Position numbers and translations under genes: made by a program. A stretch of DNA of 64,000 bases. Source: Saprospiraceae bacterium UBA2365. GTDB lineage: Bacteria > Bacteroidota > Bacteroidia > Chitinophagales > Saprospiraceae. The stretch covers positions 8,849 through 72,848 of the forward strand of contig DDTL01000179.1 of NCBI GenBank assembly GCA_002344345.1. The letters are read 5' to 3'. The notes beneath the pieces were generated by a model. The model made no database searches, was not told the origin of the DNA, and saw nothing but the letters and a program-made list of their open reading frames with translations. This document shows, piece by piece, positions 60,073 to 64,000 of the stretch; the stretch's first letter is position 1; each line of letters opens with the position of its first letter.

Positions 60073-60219
60073 ATGAAGTATCTTAATTTGAAGTCAATTT
60101 CCAAAGTAGTTTTTTTTCTTGGTATTGTAATTTTTGCCACTTCCTGTCAAAGAGGTTATGGTTGCCCTTATGATTTCAGTGTAGTGGTAGATTTTCTGCG
60201 CGCATTGATCAGTTTTTAA
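60073..60219 (+). CDS. candidate 48-aa small lipoprotein (below the ORF-track length cutoff)
   Basis: Hand translation gives MKYLNLKSISKVVFFLGIVIFATSCQRGYGCPYDFSVVVDFLRALISF. It has a basic N-region, a hydrophobic core and a lipobox-like ATSC. ATG start, TAA stop. Confidence 0.35.
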   Translation: MKYLNLKSISKVVFFLGIVIFATSCQRGYGCPYDFSVVVDFLRALISF

Positions 60220-60294
60220 AGTTACACAATACCTATACCCGGCATTATAAATAACCTTGACTGCTATGCAGCAAGGTTATTGTTATTTAGATCA

Positions 60295-60813
60295 TTACCT
60301 TCCGGTAAAACTATATTTCAGAAAAACCATAGTAGCTCCTCCGTTGTTCACCTCATTCCAATGATCAATCTCGGGATAGTTGTGCAGAAGCATATCAATC
60401 TCCATTTTGAGTGCTCCGGTACCTTTGCCATGAATGATCAATATCTGATATTGACGTTTTGAGATAGATTCTTCAATGAATTGGTGTGTTGCACTTAGTT
60501 GCCGGTGAAGTATAGCTTCCAGCCTTTTGGTGCTTAAAGCAGGAGCCAGTTTTTCGATATGAAGATCAATTGAATTGGAGTATGTTCTGGCTCCTGAGGA
60601 TTTGCTGGTCACTTTTGGCAAGTCCATTTCCATCGCTTCCAAATATGCTTCCTGTTCTGGCGCGGTCATTGCCCTGAGTTTTGGACCATCCAGCAAAATG
60701 ATTTTCCCCCTGGAGTTGAGCCTGACCTGATTGAAAGCATTTTTTCCCTCAAATTTGCCTTCCAATCCTGTCTTTTCTTCTATAACAAGGTCTCCGATCC
60801 AGAAATCATCCAT
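60295..60813 (-). CDS. Smr (MutS2-related) domain protein
   Basis: The C-terminal Smr motif is ILIIHGKGTGALK. The ATG at 60811..60813 is preferred over the TTG at 60822. Confidence 0.75.
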   Translation of the reverse strand: MDDFWIGDLVIEEKTGLEGKFEGKNAFNQVRLNSRGKIILLDGPKLRAMTAPEQEAYLEAMEMDLPKVTSKSSGARTYSNSIDLHIEKLAPALSTKRLEAILHRQLSATHQFIEESISKRQYQILIIHGKGTGALKMEIDMLLHNYPEIDHWNEVNNGGATMVFLKYSFTGR

Positions 60814-60861
60814 CAAAACCAAAAAGATTTATTATTGTTGTATTTTTTTTCAACCAATATT

Positions 60862-61809
60862 ATGTCAGTAAACAAAGATAAAAGATACCTCGATTACTCT
60901 TCTTATATCAAAAAAAATTTTGATCAAAGGGTGCAAAAGATCTCCATCAATGCCGGATTCACCTGCCCTAACCTGGATGGCACCAAATCCCGAGGTGGAT
61001 GTTCCTACTGCAATAACAATACCTTTAATCCGTTTTACTGCAAACCGGTAAAGCCAGTTTTGACTCAAATAGAAGAAGGTATTTCATTTTTTGCGCAAAA
61101 ATACAAAACTCAAAAGTATCTCGCTTATTTTCAGGCTTTCAGCAATACGTATGCAGAAACAAGTCACCTTGAAAAACTTTACCATGAGGCACTCTCCCAC
61201 CCTCAGGTAATTGGTTTAGCCATCAGTACCAGACCTGATTGCATTCATCCTGATAACCTGGAACTATTGACATATCTGGCAAAAAAATACTATATTTCAC
61301 TTGAAATTGGCATTGAAAGTACCTTTAACCCCACTTTGGAAGCCATCAACCGATGCCATTCCTTTGAAGAAACCATTCATGCCTTTGTTCTGGCAAAAGA
61401 CAGAAATCTGCACCTTGGAGGACATTTGATCCTTGGACTTCCCGGAGAAAACAAAGACATTTTATTGAGTCATGCTGAAAAAATCAATCTCCTGCCCATT
61501 GAAATTCTAAAAATTCACCATTTACAAATCGTGAAGCATACGATGATGGCCTTTCAGTATAAAAATGACCCGGATATATTCCAACTCTTTGGTCTGGAAG
61601 ACTACATCGATCTGGTAACTGATTTTATTTCTATATTGAGGCCTGATATCATTCTTGGTAGGTTTACCAGTGAAAGCCCTGCTAAATACCTGATCGCTCC
61701 AAAATGGAACGGATTAAAGAATTATGAAATTACCGCTATGATCGATAAAGCATTGATCCATAAAAATTTATGGCAAGGAAAAAATTACCTTAATGCTGTT
61801 GCCAGATAA
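60862..61809 (+). CDS. TIGR01212 family radical SAM protein
   Basis: FTCPNLDGTKSRGGCSYCNN cluster-binding region. About 315 aa. The ATG at 60862 is preferred over the TTG at 60835. Confidence 0.85.
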   Translation: MSVNKDKRYLDYSSYIKKNFDQRVQKISINAGFTCPNLDGTKSRGGCSYCNNNTFNPFYCKPVKPVLTQIEEGISFFAQKYKTQKYLAYFQAFSNTYAETSHLEKLYHEALSHPQVIGLAISTRPDCIHPDNLELLTYLAKKYYISLEIGIESTFNPTLEAINRCHSFEETIHAFVLAKDRNLHLGGHLILGLPGENKDILLSHAEKINLLPIEILKIHHLQIVKHTMMAFQYKNDPDIFQLFGLEDYIDLVTDFISILRPDIILGRFTSESPAKYLIAPKWNGLKNYEITAMIDKALIHKNLWQGKNYLNAVAR

Positions 61810-62057
61810 AATGAAGGTATTGAAGATCTCAAATCTTTGCATTCATAGCATTGATTATCTGTTTTTTATATTTAACAATATCCAGAAAACTGAGTTTTTG
61901 ACTTTCAAGGCACTTTCATTTTATTTTACCAGTTTTCTATAAGGTTTCATGTTGACTATGCTGAAATACCAAAAATAAATTTAACTCCGGGTTAATTATT
62001 TATTACTGATGAAAGATTCAGAATTATGTGTTAAATTTGTCAGGTAATATAATAGAT

Positions 62058-63398
62058 ATGATGAGCCAGATAATTTTTATTTTAACGGCGCTGATCGTAA
62101 TTGCATTGAGCGTCCGATACTATGGACGGATCGTGCAAAATATACGTTTAGGACGTGAAATCCGGTTAAAGGGTGATGTTACCTGGAGATTAAAGCAAGT
62201 ATTGCTAATAGGTTTTGCTCAGAAAAAAATGTTTAAGAACCTGCTTCCTGCAGTTTTTCATTTATTTATTTACATCGCTTTTCTGATAACAGTAACAGAG
62301 TTGATTGAGATCTTTACGGATGGAATTTTTGGATATCACAGGTTTTTTGCCAGTTATTTAGGCTGGTTTTATACATTTATCATTTCTTCTATTGAATTTT
62401 TATCTGTATTAGCATTTGTGGCTACCCTTGTTTTTCTGTCAAGGAGAAATGTTATTAAAATTGGCAGATTTTGGAATCCAGACCTGAAAGGTTGGCCTTT
62501 CCGGGATGCAAATCTGATCTTGCTGGGTGAGATCATTCTTATTTTGTCAATTTTTACTATGAATGGAGCTGATCTGGTTTTACAGGGTAGAATGCCAGAA
62601 CATTATCATCCGGCCGGTCCATTTTTGATCAGCAGGTTCTTTGAAAGTTTTTTCAATCATTTTGGAACAAACACGCTGGTTATCCTCGAACGGACTGGCT
62701 GGTGGGGGCATATTTTAGTTGTTTTTGGTTTTTTACTTTATCTGCCGTTTTCAAAACACCTTCACATTATATTTTCATTTGTAAACCTGTATTTCACCCC
62801 AAAGAATCAACGGGGCGAAATGGAAAATATGCCATTGATCACCAATGAAGTAAAAAGCATGCTGGGACTTTCAGATCCGGAAGTAATTCAAAACGCTCCG
62901 GAACAAATTCCTGATTTTGGCGCAAACGATGTTACAGGTTTGACATGGAAAAACATTCTGGATGCATATACCTGCACAGAATGCGGCCGATGTACAGCTG
63001 CCTGCCCGCCCAATATTACAGGCAAATTATTGTCTCCCAGAAAAATCGTTATGAGTGTTCGTGACAGGGCCGAAGAAGCAGGAAATTATGTCAGGAAACA
63101 AAAAAAGCAATCTAAAGTCAAAACTGACATACCTCAAACCGCTGTCAACGATGGAAAATCATTGTTTGATTACATAAGCAAAGAAGAAATTTTTGCATGC
63201 ACTACATGCAATGCATGTGTAGAGGCTTGTCCTGTTCATATTAATCCTTTGGATGTGATACTTCAAATGCGGAGATATGAAGTGCTCACGAATGCATCTG
63301 GACCATCAGATTGGATCACAATGTTCACCAATCTCGAAAATAATGGAAGTGTCTGGCAAATACCTGCTGCACGTTCAGCCTGGATTCAACAGGATTAA
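62058..63398 (+). CDS. membrane-anchored (Fe-S)-binding protein: polytopic N-terminal domain plus two 4Fe-4S ferredoxin motifs (HdrD/DsrK/GlpC-like)
   Basis: About 6 TM segments are followed by CTECGRCTAACP and CTTCNACVEACP. The ATG at 62058 is preferred over the GTG at 62028. Confidence 0.75.
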   Translation: MMSQIIFILTALIVIALSVRYYGRIVQNIRLGREIRLKGDVTWRLKQVLLIGFAQKKMFKNLLPAVFHLFIYIAFLITVTELIEIFTDGIFGYHRFFASYLGWFYTFIISSIEFLSVLAFVATLVFLSRRNVIKIGRFWNPDLKGWPFRDANLILLGEIILILSIFTMNGADLVLQGRMPEHYHPAGPFLISRFFESFFNHFGTNTLVILERTGWWGHILVVFGFLLYLPFSKHLHIIFSFVNLYFTPKNQRGEMENMPLITNEVKSMLGLSDPEVIQNAPEQIPDFGANDVTGLTWKNILDAYTCTECGRCTAACPPNITGKLLSPRKIVMSVRDRAEEAGNYVRKQKKQSKVKTDIPQTAVNDGKSLFDYISKEEIFACTTCNACVEACPVHINPLDVILQMRRYEVLTNASGPSDWITMFTNLENNGSVWQIPAARSAWIQQD

Positions 63399-63422
63399 AA
63401 AACATAAAGTACCATTAGAACC

Positions 63423-64000
63423 ATGATAACAAATATATCTATTCCGTTAATGGCAGATGTGCATTCAAGAGGCGAAAAACCGGAAGTTTTATTATGGGTT
63501 GGTTGCTCAGCCAGCTATGATACACGATCACAGAAGATCATCAGGTCTTTGTGTAAAGTACTGAATATTGCAAACGTCTCTTTTGCCATTTTGGGCGATG
63601 AAGAGAATTGTTGCGGCGACCCTGCCAGACGTGCAGGTAATGAGTTCGTTTTTCAAATGTTGGCCCTTCAAAATATTCAGTTGTTTAATCAATATCAGAT
63701 TGACAAAATTCTTACGATCTGTCCTCATGGCTTCAATACATTGAAGAATGAATATCCTGAACTTGGAGGAAATTTTAAGGTTCAACATCACACACAGTTT
63801 TTACTGGAATTAATTGAACATGGACGCCTCAAATTAAATCCGAAAAAATCTTCCAGTCTGACAATTCATGACTCATGTTATCTCGGAAGGGTCAACGGGA
63901 TTTATGATGTTCCAAGGAAAATCATGGAAGCGCTGAAGATTGAAGTGGTCGAATTGGAAAGAAATAAAAAGAACGGTTTTTGCTGCGGGGCAGGCGGCTC
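63423..64000 (+). CDS. CCG (cysteine-rich) domain (Fe-S)-binding protein, partner of the preceding gene; 3'-truncated by the window edge
   Basis: Hand translation from ATG 63423 gives MITNISIPLMADVHSRGEKPEVLLWVGCSASYD...ENCCGDPARRAGN...HDSCYLGR...GFCCGAGG. That is two CCG-type motifs. It is absent from the ORF track because no stop lies in the window. Confidence 0.75.
   Translation, partial: MITNISIPLMADVHSRGEKPEVLLWVGCSASYDTRSQKIIRSLCKVLNIANVSFAILGDEENCCGDPARRAGNEFVFQMLALQNIQLFNQYQIDKILTICPHGFNTLKNEYPELGGNFKVQHHTQFLLELIEHGRLKLNPKKSSSLTIHDSCYLGRVNGIYDVPRKIMEALKIEVVELERNKKNGFCCGAGG

Noticed and set aside
1-64000. tRNA, rRNA, tmRNA, RNase P and known riboswitches.
   Set aside because: I recognised no T-loop or anticodon-arm-like cloverleaf segments, rRNA-like conserved blocks or familiar riboswitch cores. 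A proper tRNAscan/Infernal scan is still needed to confirm their absence.

Overview
AT-rich chromosomal segment that looks like a Bacteroidota genome. The evidence is SusC/SusD genes, PorP/SprF, T9SS type A and type B C-terminal sorting domains, TAnnTTTG -7 promoter motifs, and the parA-parB-DUF5683 gene order. Most of the window is housekeeping: a long NagB/LmbE-type glucosamine-6-P deaminase, smc, purM, tilS, yggS, a DEAD-box helicase, der, rfbC/rfbD, parA/parB, glmM, a carotenoid desaturase pair, a radical SAM protein and HdrD-like Fe-S proteins. One large polysaccharide utilization locus lies at about 38.7-55.3 kb, all on the minus strand. It reads: propeller/LuxR regulator, SusC, SusD, two PKD-type lipoproteins, GH16, GH30, GH5-CBM6-T9SS, GH30. 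This fits beta-glucan (laminarin/beta-1,6-glucan) use. I recognised no rRNA, tRNA, CRISPR array, transposase or defense system. The least ordinary feature is non-coding. Intergenic gaps are long for a bacterium (several of 400-1100 bp) and hold two families of dispersed, structured repeats. Family A is about 165-215 bp, has 19-bp terminal inverted repeats and carries TGACGTC(A) cores. Family B is about 150-265 bp, has conserved ends and a conserved GC-rich hairpin. Each family has about 3 full copies plus fragments, sometimes abutting each other. There is also an 8-bp tandem array next to the nagB-like gene. Protein functions come from motif recognition in the supplied translations, not from database searches. 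Several ORF-track starts were moved to internal ATG codons where the N-terminus then matches a signal peptide or a canonical family N-terminus.
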